Shown one piece after another: positions 29,479 through 40,548 of a stretch of 64,000 nucleotides of DNA. The notes below the pieces were generated by a model. It had not been told where the DNA came from, ran no database searches, and saw only the letters and a program-made list of their open reading frames with translations. The stretch comes from Sedimentisphaerales bacterium (lineage in GTDB: Bacteria > Planctomycetota > Phycisphaerae > Sedimentisphaerales > SM23-30), in NCBI GenBank assembly GCA_963663805.2, contig CAXXMR010000013.1:352001-416000 (forward strand), read 5' to 3'. Within the stretch, counting starts at the first letter, position 1. The number at the start of each line of letters is the position of its first letter. Position numbers and translations under genes: made by a program.

Positions 29479-32400
29479 TCACTGTATCCCATATTCCGCC
29501 AAAATAGCCATGACCTCGGTGTAATTTTTCGACTGGGCATATTCCAGTAGGCTTTTTCGGTAGATTTGCACATTGCCGTTGGCCCCCTGCTCCAGCAAGA
29601 CTTTGACCAGTTCCGGGGTATTCTTCTCCACGGCCTTGCGTAAGGGGGTACTTCCCCAACTATCGGCCTGGTTCACATCCGCGCCGGCATCAATCAAAAG
29701 CAGGGCAACATCTTTAGTCTTTGGGTTATCACAGGCTGCCAACAAAGCACTTCGGCCCAGGCCGTCCACCAGAGTCAAATCAGGATTATAGCTGAGAACC
29801 AGACGGGTCAGTTCCAGCGTTTTTTCCTCGCCCAGAACTCCCGTGCTGCCCATCACATTGTGCATTAGAGTACGCTGATTCACGTCCATAACATTTACGT
29901 CGGCCCCCTGTTCCAGTAGAAACTTAACCATTTCCACTTCATAAGTTTCCATCGCCGCGCTCAAAGGAGCAAAGCCCACCCCGGCTCCCTTGTTTATGTC
30001 AGCGCCGTGATCCAGAAGAAATCTCACCGTCTTTTTCGCATTAGTGCCGTTGACCGCCAGGGCCAGGGGAGTTTTTCGCTTTGACATCGCGTTTATATCT
30101 AACCCTTTTTCCAGCAGATATTCAAGCACTCTTACCTCCTTGCAATAATTCGCGGCGCTGTGCAGAACAGTTTCTCCGCCGGGGCGTAGATGGTTCCGGT
30201 TCGCTCCGGAATCAACCAGCAGTTTAACTACATCAAGCTCTCCGCCCGATGCCGCCACGTGCAAAGCCGTTTGTCCTTTATCGGTTACCGCCTCTATTTG
30301 CGCACCTTTCTCTAAAAGCAGCTTAACCATATAATAGTGACCATGAAAAGCCGCGTGAATCAACGGTGAACCCTTGAGGTGACCCTGGTCGGGCTTTTCA
30401 ATATCCGCCCCTCGCTCCAACAGCAAAATCACCACCTGCTCTTCATCGTAAAACGCCGCATAGACCAGGGGTGTCATTCCCTCATCATCATATTCATTAA
30501 TATCCGCCCCGGCATCCAGCAGCTGATTGATTTTCGCAATATCTTCACAAAGAACCGCCACCTGCAAATCCCGATGGCTGCGAGTCGTAGGCTGATAGCG
30601 CAAGCCGTTGGCAATCAACTGTTCACGCCACAAAGACCGACGCGACCGACGAGCCTCCTCTTCCAATTTAGCCTGAGATACCTGTTCACTGGAATCATCT
30701 TCTGAGTTTGCCGACTTGCCATCCGAACTTCGCCGTGAAGAACTTCGGTCTCGGCCGGGGCGATAACTTTGCAAAATTTCCGCCACCTGCTCATGACCTT
30801 TATCCACAGCCAAAGCCAGAGCGCCGGCACCGCCTCTATCTTTCAAATTACGATTAGCTCTCAGGTCCAGCAGAAGTTTTACCGCTTCGATATGACCATT
30901 TCGAGCCGCTAGATGTAAAGCCGTACAACCATAATCGTTCTTATGGTTCACATTTGCACCGGCCTGTACCAAACATTCAATATTCTCACAGCGATTTGCT
31001 ATCGCTGCGTATTGCAGCATACTATAACCGTCTTCATTCTCAATATTTACATCCAGTCCCTCATCCAGCATCTTCTGCAAAAACTGCGCATCCACAAACT
31101 GAACCGAATGAAAAGGATTCATCTTGCCGCCCCGGGCAACCAGCTTACGCACCACGTCCCACTTGCTATATTCATATGCAATATCCGCCGGAGTCATATT
31201 GCGGACGTAATCCACACGGGATAAATTATGACAATTATCCAGAATAAGATCGAGAGCCTTCTCCTCCACATCACCGGTACTATTTAACATTTCATGCAGC
31301 ACAGTACGATTGCATAAATCAACGGCATCGACATCAGCACCTTTTTCTATCAGATACTCCAACGTGGCAAAATGCTTTTCCGGACATTCAACCATCCGAA
31401 ACAAAGGGGTACGCAAAAAATAATTCTCCGCGTTCACGTCAGCCCCGTAACTTATCATCGTCTGGGCAAAAACCATCACCGATTCCGAATCGATACTGGT
31501 CGTAAAAGCTTGCGAAGTGGCCAGATGCAAAGGCGTATTGCCTTCACGGTCACGAGCGTTGACATCAGCCCCACTATCCAACAACAGCTTCATCAATTCC
31601 AGAGACCTAGCCTGACTAAAGGTATGCTCCAAAATGCAATGAAGCGGAGTTTGCCCCAGATAGTTTTCAGCGTTGACGTTAACCCCCTTTTCAATCAGCT
31701 TGCGAGCTATCGGAACCCATTCATTCTGCCGGGAGGACGCCGCGATAATATGCAGAAGATTATTGTACCAGCTATCCTGATAATTGACATCTATCTGGCC
31801 GACAAATTCCTCCGGCGACTGCTTCCCCGGCAGCGACTTAAACCAAACCGGTGCTTCCGGCTCGGACAGGGAATCAACATTCAGATTCTTGACCCAGTCC
31901 GGCTTGAGCATTTTAACTATTTCCCTGTGACCCATTGCCTCGGCATAACGAATCGGACTGATGCCATTAACATCATAAGCGAAAGGATAGGCGTTATGCT
32001 CCAGAAGTAATTCTATCATTTGGGCTTGATTATAGAATATGGCCGCGAACAACGCGGTTTTTCCCTCTCGGTCACGATATTCCGTATGTGCCCCATTTCC
32101 AGTAATACCCGCGTCGTCTCCAAATCATTATTATTCACCGCCAGACGCAACGGTGTGAATAAATCATCGTTCTGAGCGTTGATATCAGCCTTCCATTGCA
32201 GCAGTGTTTTTACAATATCGACATCCCGCCTTGCCGCCGCGTAATGAAGAGGGGTATTATATTTGGCATCCGGCAAATTTACATTCGCACCCCGAACAAT
32301 AAGCAGATTCGCCTGTTCATCCTTGCCGTTCATGATCGCATAAGACAACACACAACGACCTTGTTCGTTAAGCTGGTTAATATCAACCCGGTCAACTATC

Positions 32401-32552
32401 ATCTGCTCAATAGCCTCATTGTCACCCCGGGCCACCGCTTGATGCAAACTCTGTTGAGGAGCCGACTCGCCCTGAACCGGTCCACATTTAGCCGCACCAA
32501 AAATAAAACCAACTGCCAATAACGACAAAAGAACCCCTTTTTGCATTTTCAT
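29479..32552 (-). CDS. Large secreted ankyrin-repeat protein (one frameshift near 32050)
   Basis: Many TPLH.AA..G....VKLLL..GADVN repeats across ORFs 32016-32639 and 29479-32052; signal peptide at 32552. Confidence 0.88.
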
Positions 32553-32648
32553 ATTACTCTCCTGCAAAACTTGCCCAAACATAACAAGACCAACGAAACT
32601 CTTAAAATACGAGCCTTGATAATACTCATATTCTGTCATCGGGTAAAG

Positions 32649-32686
32649 AAAAACCCCCCGGCGGCGTAAATCCCACAGGGGTTTTT
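32649..32686 (-). terminator. Possible intrinsic terminator
   Basis: AAAAACCCC...GGGGTTTTT stem. Confidence 0.5.
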
Positions 32687-32708
32687 GAGTTTCAACTCAC
32701 ACTAAGCA

Positions 32709-35180
32709 TCAGGGACAGGTACTAAGCCATTGAGCTGCCAGAGTAGCGAAATCGAAGAGATTGACGATATCGTCACAGTTCAGGTCGGCACATTCGCTGC
32801 ACGAAGTGTCCGGCTCGAAATAGTAATCTTCAGTTTCGCCGTCCGCGTAGCCCGCCGACCGGGCCCGAGCCGCCGTTACCAACCATGCCGGGATTAGAAC
32901 CGTCCGTCCAGGGGGTCTGGGCGATGGTGATTCGCATCCAGATATCCCTGGGTAAATCCGGATAGAGGGATGCCAGGGCAGAACCGGCAGCGAAGTAATC
33001 GTATTCAAACCCGGCTGAAGACTGAACAATAACTGATTACGAACCGCCCATTCATTGGCGACACCACGCCGACAGGGAATCTTATCATCCCAGTCGCCGT
33101 CACGGTTCCAGTCGAACCAGGCATTTACATACCAGATACAGTCAGGAGCACCAACACCGACATTAACGGTATAATCGAAAGTTACGAAACGGCACTTAGG
33201 CAGGTTCAGGGGAACCGCAACGCCGTCGTCGGCACCGTCGAGGTCAGCGATATTTGCCATCGGGTCGATATTATTGACAATATCAGCGTCAGGACCAAAA
33301 TCAGCTTCGGATTCGGCACTAACCAGCGGGCCCAAAGTTACCGTCGACGCCAAATGCAGCGGGCCATAAGGTGACAGGCCGGAACCAATGTAAGTACTGG
33401 GGAAGTTCGCCTGAGTACCAACGGGGTAGGCCGTCATGGTCGTGCCGAAGTTATTGGTTGAATCAGGAGCGTCACCCAGGTCATATCCGGGCTCGAAATC
33501 CTCGATAACAACCATATAGTCTTCAACTTCACCGTCGGCCAACTCGCCATCATAACTTATAATGCTTTTATTCGTGGTAAACCGGAATCGGGCATAGGTC
33601 TGCAAACCAACCGTAGCAGTCGAGGGCACCAGGGTAGTCAGCAAAGAAGTGCCGGCGTTAAGCGGATAGGACGTAAAAATCTTTTCGCCCGCGTCCGCCC
33701 AGCTGCCGTTGCCGTTATAATCAATCCAGGCACTGAGATAACCCGGCGCCGAAGCGGTAACGTTGATAGCTGCCATCATGCCCGGCGTAAACGGCGTGGC
33801 AAAAGTAACCCCGTCTTCGTCATACAAACCACTAAAGTCGTCGCCCAAAGCACCTGGGCTGGGTTGACCATCCGGCTCGATGTCAATTATGTTTCCCAAC
33901 GCTATACTCGCAACAGCGATATGCCGGGCACCATTGCTCGCCAGCAAAGTCGGATATGATGGGTCGGGAGCATCGCCAAAATCATAAATAGGTTCCGGCA
34001 CTTCGATAACAATACCGTAGTCTTCAACTTCACCGTCAGCGACCAGACCCGTATAACTCATGATTACCGAACCTGTCGTGAAGCGGAAACGCGCGAAAGT
34101 CTGCAAACCCATCGGCGTCGAGGCCGGCACCGCGAAAGTCAGGTTATTCAACCCGGCAGTCACCGGAATCATGGAGAATATCATCTCGCCGGCACCAGCC
34201 CAGTCGCCGCTGCCGTCAAAGTCAATCCACGCACTCAGGAAACCATCTATCGAAACAATCACATCAACAGTCGCAATCTGGCCGGGCAGCATAGGAGATG
34301 TAAAGAAAACACCGTCCTCATCCGGCAAAAAGGCCAGATCGTCGCCGGTAGCTGAACCGTTCGGCTGACCATCAAACTCACTATCAATCAGACTACCCAT
34401 ATAAACACCGGGCACGATGACGTGACAGGCACCGTTATTAGCCGATAAAGTCGGATAAGGCCCATCAGGGGCGTCACCATAATCCATTTCATCCGTGGCA
34501 CCGTCATTAGTTATCACAAACGCCAGGTCGAGATTTGTCTCATGAATCGGGTCATATATCGGTATCCACATTCCGGCAAAATAAACCACAGCTGTATCAT
34601 TGAAATTCTTGTCGGCTTCTTTCCAGCCGACAAAAGGCTGGTCCATAAAAGAAATAACCAGCCAGTAAATTGTGCCCTCTTCCTGAATAAACGGGTCTGC
34701 GATATTAGTGATACTTATCTGCTGCCAAATATTATGGTCAATCAAATTGTACTCCCAGGAAGTGGGGTCCAACCAGCCCTGTTCATCCAGAGGCTGGTCA
34801 CAAATTTCATATTCACCGGGACTAAACGTCCTGGTCCAAAGCTGTTGGCCGGGCATACTATAATCCGCAGCCTGACCGGCGGGAATATCCGAGTAAATTG
34901 ATACCGTAAACGGATAGATATTATTCGGGCCGGGATAATTATTCTGCTTCCAGGAAACCCAGAAATGAATATCCGTGATGGGGCCGCTTTCGGTACACCG
35001 AAAATCATCACCGAGTTGGTTTATGTCGAACTCCACGTCCCAACCGCCCGACTTGGGTGTTTGGGCATAGTGCATCTTGTGTGGGTCGCCTTCCTGCCAG
35101 CCGCACTGCCCCTGAACCGCGGCCGAAACCGCCAGCAAGACAGACAACACAACAACCACTGTCGATAGTCTGGTTTTCAT
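32709..35180 (-). CDS. Secreted protein with three GEVED domains and a dockerin-like tail
   Basis: DYGDAP/DFGDAP/DLGDAP..DEDGV..WID..G.W..RFR..DGEVEDY (x2), DGETEDY; DLNCDDIVNLFDFATLAAQWL. There is a compensated double indel at ~32950-32850. Confidence 0.88.
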   Translation of the reverse strand: MKTRLSTVVVVLSVLLAVSAAVQGQCGWQEGDPHKMHYAQTPKSGGWDVEFDINQLGDDFRCTESGPITDIHFWVSWKQNNYPGPNNIYPFTVSIYSDIPAGQAADYSMPGQQLWTRTFSPGEYEICDQPLDEQGWLDPTSWEYNLIDHNIWQQISITNIADPFIQEEGTIYWLVISFMDQPFVGWKEADKNFNDTAVVYFAGMWIPIYDPIHETNLDLAFVITNDGATDEMDYGDAPDGPYPTLSANNGACHVIVPGVYMGSLIDSEFDGQPNGSATGDDLAFLPDEDGVFFTSPMLPGQIATVDVIVSIDGFLSAWIDFDGSGDWAGAGEMIFSMIPVTAGLNNLTFAVPASTPMGLQTFARFRFTTGSVIMSYTGLVADGEVEDYGIVIEVPEPIYDFGDAPDPSYPTLLASNGARHIAVASIALGNIIDIEPDGQPSPGALGDDFSGLYDEDGVTFATPFTPGMMAAINVTASAPGYLSAWIDYNGNGSWADAGEKIFTSYPLNAGTSLLTTLVPSTATVGLQTYARFRFTTNKSIISYDGELADGEVEDYMVVIEDFEPGYDLGDAPDSTNNFGTTMTAYPVGTQANFPSTYIGSGLSPYGPLHLASTVTLGPLVSAESEADFGPDADIVNNIDPMANIADLDGADDGVAVPLNLPKCRFVTFDYTVNVGVGAPDCIWYVNAWFDWNRDGDWDDKIPCRRGVANEWAVRNQLLFSLQPGLNTITSLPVLPWHPSIRIYPGISGCESPSPRPPGRTVLIPAWLVTAARARSAGYADGETEDYYFEPDTSCSECADLNCDDIVNLFDFATLAAQWLSTCP

Positions 35181-35331
35181 AACTGTATCTCCAAAAATAA
35201 AATAAGGTTAATATTCTGCCGCTGATGTAAATCAGCATCGTTTATTAAGCATAAGATACTTAAAGCAAAGAACTTAGACAACCAAACAGGGCCTGCGATA
35301 CGCATTGCCCGACCGAAAACCTAACATACGT

Positions 35332-35360
35332 ATCATAAACCGCCTGACATTCAATGTCAA
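35332..35360 (-). promoter_or_regulatory. Putative sigma70 promoter overlapped by a palindrome
   Basis: Minus-strand TTGACA-N17-TATGAT; TGACA-TTCAA-TGTCA palindrome at 35345-35359. Confidence 0.6.
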
Positions 35361-35379
35361 CCGTTAATAACAAATTCTC

Positions 35380-35420
35380 AAAAAACAGGTGCCTCCTCTG
35401 TGGGTAAGAGGAAGCACCTG
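35380..35420 (-). terminator. Intrinsic terminator
   Basis: CAGGTGC..CCTCT/AGAGG..GCACCTG stem with a U6 tail. Confidence 0.7.
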
Positions 35421-35477
35421 ATTATCTGCGGCTAAACATTTCTGTTGTCGTTGTTTAGGATTTTCAGTTTATCTGCT

Positions 35478-38400
35478 TCAGGGACAAATATTATCATCCA
35501 CCAAACCGCATTCCAGCCAACTGCTGGCCATCAACGCGAAATCGACCAGATTGACCACACAATCACCATCAACATCACCTGCCGGACGCACGCAGTCTAT
35601 ATCGCGGGCAAACAGAGCATAACGACCCACGCTGCCGCTTTCGCCGGCCAGACGAACCTGATAATCACTGTCCGCATCGAGCAGCAAATTCAGGCTGGTA
35701 TTGGAAGTACAGCCTAATTCCTGGCCCTCATGACTGAAGACGCTCATAATCGGATTAGTCATCCCGGTCTCAACTTCAAAATTCCACCAACCCTTTTCAT
35801 CGACATGAATGGAATGCCAGACATCAGCTGTATCGCCCACGCCGCAGGAAGAAACATCCGTCCCCTGAGCGAAAAACGTCGAACCGCGATAGCAACTGCT
35901 GCCGTCAAGCCGTACCCCGTAAGGCTGCCGGTCCATATCGCACCACAGCTCCCGCCAACACAAATTATAATCTTGAGACATCCAGCAAACCACATTGCCA
36001 TCAATATCGCCCCACCAGCGATTATTAGTTTGAACATCATCCGAACAAATATCAATGGGTAGCTGACCTTTCAGCCAACTCAAATTCAGTCGATAATCAT
36101 CATTCATACAGACAACCAAATCACCGCTGATACGCGGACAACGCTCATAGCTCGGATAAGAATCGGATGTCATAACCCCTTCGTCACCCGTACTCAGATT
36201 ATACGTCATGATACGTTCATCACCTCGCGTATCCTGCCATACCACTATGTCACCGGAAATATCCGGGTAGAGCTTGTTATATCCATCACTGTCAATATGA
36301 ACCTCGCGACCATCTTCAGTGTTGTAGCAATAAAAATCAACCGGGCCGATAGCGTTCTGATAAACCACCGTCCAGTCGCCTTCTGTTTCGGTATAAACCC
36401 GGTCAGGCGTGAGACCGTAGGGCAGGGTTCTGACCAGAGTTTTCTGCTGCGCCAGAACATCATAAACATATACCAATGTCTGATTACCACTGTTTGTTTG
36501 ACTCAACCAGACAACCTTGTACCCGTCAATCGAAGGTGCCATCTGTTCAAGCTCATCGTCGCAAATAGTCGTCTGCGTCGCACTGCTCAGGTCATACATA
36601 AAAATATCCATCCCCTGCATCCCATAGTCACTCCAGACCACGCGATTGCCGGAAATGTCATACTGAAGGTAAGGATAAGAGCCGTTTGTCTGAGCAATCA
36701 CAATGGAAACCCCGGTGTTAATATCCAATACTTTTAACTCACCCTGCTCCAGATATACGATATGACAACCATCAATCTTCGGGCCCGGCCTGTCGATCTG
36801 ACCCATACCGGGCTCGAACAGAAAGCTTTGTGTATTGACACGCAGGTCCAGACCTTTGATGATAAAGTCACTGTTTATGTATGCACACCAGAAAAGATTA
36901 TCGCCACGCACCACAAAATCACGGTAAGGACCGTACTGTTCTGCCCCGGTAACAATATCCTGAGAGGTCGCCAAATCCCTGCCGCGAATCTCAAAAATCG
37001 GAGAGCTTAGTTCGTTGTACCAAAAAACTCGGCTGCCATCGATAATCGGATGTCTTTGTACGCCCGGAACAACTTCTATATCCATCGCGGTGTGGCTGGC
37101 CATATTATAACCCAAAATGTCGTCATTTTCCGACCAGACCAGCAAATCGCCTTCGCAATCTACGTCCAGACGCCAGCCAGCGTAGAACGGCTCAAAATTA
37201 TTTAGAGCGTATTTACTGCCGCCGGACAAATCACCCACATACACAACCGCAGCGCTGTTGCCAAAACTCCGCCAGACTACAAAACTATCACTGGTTGCTA
37301 TCGGCTCCGGCTGTTCTATTTCCAAAGGAGACGACGAATAATGAACCGTGGTCTTAACCTGAGTATCTAAATCATAAGCATAAACATAAAACTCCGGCGG
37401 ATTACCCGAAACCGAAACCTGCTCCGACCAGAACAGCATTTTCTCATCGCCCAGCATAACATAAGGCGGATAGCCCGGACTGGACGCGTCGGTCACAACC
37501 GCCGTTGTTGTATCTGCACCAATATTATAAACCTGAATAACATAAGGCATAGAACTTACATCAGCCCAGGCCGCATAATAACCATTCTGAACCGATTCAG
37601 CCGGAAAATCGTGGTCCGGCTGACCGATTACTGACTGAACATGATTAGCCGAACCATAAATATTTAATTCATAATTATCAAGCCAGAAAAGCTGACCGTC
37701 CCGCGAAGTTAAATCAATCTGAGCATTTATGTCGCGAACGGAAATTTCGTACTCACTATCCTCCAGACGGAGCAGCGAAGCATAAGTGATTTCCAACTCG
37801 CCGTCATAATCCTTATCCGCCAGCCACACCATTATATTACCATCGCAGGCCGGCAGATAATCGTAAGACGGACCATTATAATTCCACTCCAATAGCCTTT
37901 TCGAACGAAGATCATAAGCCTTCATCTGCCCGCCGTACTGCCAGCAAAGAAAACCTTCCATCAGTTTCGGATACGGAATAGTGCCCAACGGACTATTAAC
38001 ATTTTCAATAATGATTTCCTGTTGAGTAGTCAGATCATAGCCGTAAACCTGATCAGAGTGGGCACGAGTATCCTGCCAGACAATCAGATCGCCACAAATT
38101 TTAGGCCCGTTTTGCTCAGAACTGTCATCGGTACAAATCGCCAGTTCGGTTTGAGTGGCCAGATTATAGCCGTAAACATCTACAGTGCTGTTGCGAGTGT
38201 CGCTCCAGACTATAATGTCACCGCTTATCTCAAGATCATTCTGAACATGTTCAGCCGAATGAATCACCAGTGGCAATTGAGCAGACATATCATACCCCAC
38301 AATCGCAGGCTGCCCCATACCGTTATCACCCAGCCAGATAACCAAATCACCGCTTATCGCAAATTTGAGAGGTGGGTAATAAAAATTAAAAACTCTCGTC

Positions 38401-38726
38401 TCAATATTCGTCTGCCGGTCCAGAACCCATAGCCCCGGCCCGGAAGGACGCCCGTCCATCCAGGCCACATAGCGACCATCCTCGCTTATCGCCGGATTCA
38501 ACTGAGGCACATTATCGCCATTGCTGTCATCGCAGATAGTCAGCAACTGCTCCGTAACAGTGTCATAACCGTAAATATTCCCAGGGGCACCATCGACTTC
38601 CTGCCAGACAATAACCCCGCCGCCAACTGCCGGATAGTAAATATCCCCATAACGCTCAACACTACTCAATGCCCAGCTGACAGAACTCAGTAGCAGGCCC
38701 ACCAGAAAAGTTACACAGATTCTCAT
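35478..38726 (-). CDS. Secreted beta-propeller-repeat surface protein with dockerin-like tail
   Basis: Repeats P.ISGD.IVWQD.R....IY.YDL (Methanosarcina-type beta-propeller repeat); GDVDGDCVVNLVDFALMASSWL. Confidence 0.85.
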   Translation of the reverse strand: MRICVTFLVGLLLSSVSWALSSVERYGDIYYPAVGGGVIVWQEVDGAPGNIYGYDTVTEQLLTICDDSNGDNVPQLNPAISEDGRYVAWMDGRPSGPGLWVLDRQTNIETRVFNFYYPPLKFAISGDLVIWLGDNGMGQPAIVGYDMSAQLPLVIHSAEHVQNDLEISGDIIVWSDTRNSTVDVYGYNLATQTELAICTDDSSEQNGPKICGDLIVWQDTRAHSDQVYGYDLTTQQEIIIENVNSPLGTIPYPKLMEGFLCWQYGGQMKAYDLRSKRLLEWNYNGPSYDYLPACDGNIMVWLADKDYDGELEITYASLLRLEDSEYEISVRDINAQIDLTSRDGQLFWLDNYELNIYGSANHVQSVIGQPDHDFPAESVQNGYYAAWADVSSMPYVIQVYNIGADTTTAVVTDASSPGYPPYVMLGDEKMLFWSEQVSVSGNPPEFYVYAYDLDTQVKTTVHYSSSPLEIEQPEPIATSDSFVVWRSFGNSAAVVYVGDLSGGSKYALNNFEPFYAGWRLDVDCEGDLLVWSENDDILGYNMASHTAMDIEVVPGVQRHPIIDGSRVFWYNELSSPIFEIRGRDLATSQDIVTGAEQYGPYRDFVVRGDNLFWCAYINSDFIIKGLDLRVNTQSFLFEPGMGQIDRPGPKIDGCHIVYLEQGELKVLDINTGVSIVIAQTNGSYPYLQYDISGNRVVWSDYGMQGMDIFMYDLSSATQTTICDDELEQMAPSIDGYKVVWLSQTNSGNQTLVYVYDVLAQQKTLVRTLPYGLTPDRVYTETEGDWTVVYQNAIGPVDFYCYNTEDGREVHIDSDGYNKLYPDISGDIVVWQDTRGDERIMTYNLSTGDEGVMTSDSYPSYERCPRISGDLVVCMNDDYRLNLSWLKGQLPIDICSDDVQTNNRWWGDIDGNVVCWMSQDYNLCWRELWCDMDRQPYGVRLDGSSCYRGSTFFAQGTDVSSCGVGDTADVWHSIHVDEKGWWNFEVETGMTNPIMSVFSHEGQELGCTSNTSLNLLLDADSDYQVRLAGESGSVGRYALFARDIDCVRPAGDVDGDCVVNLVDFALMASSWLECGLVDDNICP

Positions 38727-39045
38727 TTTAGTTTTCTCCTTTTTCTCGATTGCCTTGAACTCAACAAAAACGAGCGTTCAAAATACCAAATCACACCCCA
38801 TTTTACCAGAATAATCTCTACAATCCCTGCAATTTACCATAAACACCTCCCGCCCTCGACCTGCCGCCATATTAGCGATTTACCATAGGGATATATTTAA
38901 CAATGAGTTACGCTCGCCAGACTTCTTGCCCTCCCTATATTCTGCCAGCCTGTCCACAACAATAAAATTGACTTTTTCAAATCTAAACTTGAATTTCATA
39001 ATTACTTTTGTCATAATGCTGAACGTCCGTAATGAGGCCAGGAAA

Positions 39046-40401
39046 ATGCTAAAAAAATCGTCCCCTGTTTATGGTATTACATTGTTGTCAAACATTATTC
39101 TCGCACTTTGTTCAATAAGTCGTGCGGAAATAAGCTGGTCAGGAGATATTGACCCCGCCGACCCAACAACCTGGCGTTTCAGTTATGGCACAGGCCAATA
39201 CATCGGCAAAACCGGCAGCGGTATATTGAACATAACTAACGGCAGTAACGTCGCCGGCAGCAGAGGCATTACAGGATACGAATCTGCCGCTCAGGGCGAA
39301 GTAAACATAACTGGAAACGGCTCATTCTGGAATTGCAGCGAAGATAATATTATTGGCTGGTATGGCAACGGCGCGGTGAATATCAATAATGGCGGTAAGC
39401 TGGCCAATGAAATATCACGCATAGCCTACCAAACCGGCTCTACTGGAACGGTTACGGTGAGTGGTATCGGCTCAACCTGGACCTGCACCGGAAAAATCTT
39501 TGAACATTGGAACCTGGTAGTCGGAGAAAACGGGGACGGTACTCTAAACATAACTAATGGCGGAGAGGTTATATGTAACAGCCAGGGAGGTGGAATCTCG
39601 CACCATACCCATGTCGCTGCCGGTAGCAACGCAAAAGGACTGATAAATATTGATGGAGCCGGTTCCAGATTAACTGCCAGCGAAGACCTTCACATTGCAA
39701 GTGGAGGCAATGGCGAACTGAATATCAAAAACGGCGGCATGGCATCTTCCGCGGCAAATTGCTGGATTGGTACACATGCCGGTTCTAACGGAAAAACAAC
39801 GGTCCAGGGCACTGGTTCAGTTTTGCAGACCAACGAATGTTTTGCCGTTGGATGGTACGGAACCGGCACTTTAGAAATCACCGATGGCGGACTGGTTACA
39901 GCACCATATAACTATATTGGCAACTGGAATGGACTTAAAAGCCAGGTAGTTGTCGATGGCGAAGGCTCCACCTGGAATTGCTCAGATCTTAGCGTTGGCT
40001 TTTCCGGCCAAGGCACATTGGAAATTACTAACCGTGGATTGGTCATAGCGAATATCTTAAAAATTGACAAGAACTTCGAAGGCGGCAACGACTCAGTTAA
40101 TATCTCCAGCAGCGGCATGTTAGCCCTGAAAGGCAATACCGCAGATTCAATCACCAACTTCCTTAGCCAGATACAAGGAACAGATGCAATCAATTTCTGG
40201 GACAACTCGCTAGGTGATTGGTCTCATATTTCCAATGCGACTTATAACGACAACTATACTCTGCAATATCTTGCCAAAGGCGACCTGGCCGGCTATACTG
40301 TTCTTGCAGTCGTTCCCGAACCGGTATCGGCACTCCTGCTGCTGTTTGGTAGCCTGACAGCCGTACGACGGCACATAAAATACGCTGATCGTCTGGACTG
40401 A
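39046..40401 (+). CDS. PEP-CTERM protein with T5SS/PEP-CTERM-associated repeats
   Basis: Repeats VG..G.GTL.ITNGG.V....G.V.V.G.GS.W; C-terminal VVPEPVSALLLLFGSL..VRRH. Confidence 0.9.
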   Translation: MLKKSSPVYGITLLSNIILALCSISRAEISWSGDIDPADPTTWRFSYGTGQYIGKTGSGILNITNGSNVAGSRGITGYESAAQGEVNITGNGSFWNCSEDNIIGWYGNGAVNINNGGKLANEISRIAYQTGSTGTVTVSGIGSTWTCTGKIFEHWNLVVGENGDGTLNITNGGEVICNSQGGGISHHTHVAAGSNAKGLINIDGAGSRLTASEDLHIASGGNGELNIKNGGMASSAANCWIGTHAGSNGKTTVQGTGSVLQTNECFAVGWYGTGTLEITDGGLVTAPYNYIGNWNGLKSQVVVDGEGSTWNCSDLSVGFSGQGTLEITNRGLVIANILKIDKNFEGGNDSVNISSSGMLALKGNTADSITNFLSQIQGTDAINFWDNSLGDWSHISNATYNDNYTLQYLAKGDLAGYTVLAVVPEPVSALLLLFGSLTAVRRHIKYADRLD

Positions 40402-40548
40402 GGCGCCGGCGCATTTACACGTTATACCGCCCGCTTCTGCCGTAATTCACCCGTCCAGACAGTCCAGTAAGTCCACAATGTCCATTCTGCATTATTATAT
40501 TGCCCCACCCACATCGCCTTGATACTTTAATCGTAGCGAGAACCAATT

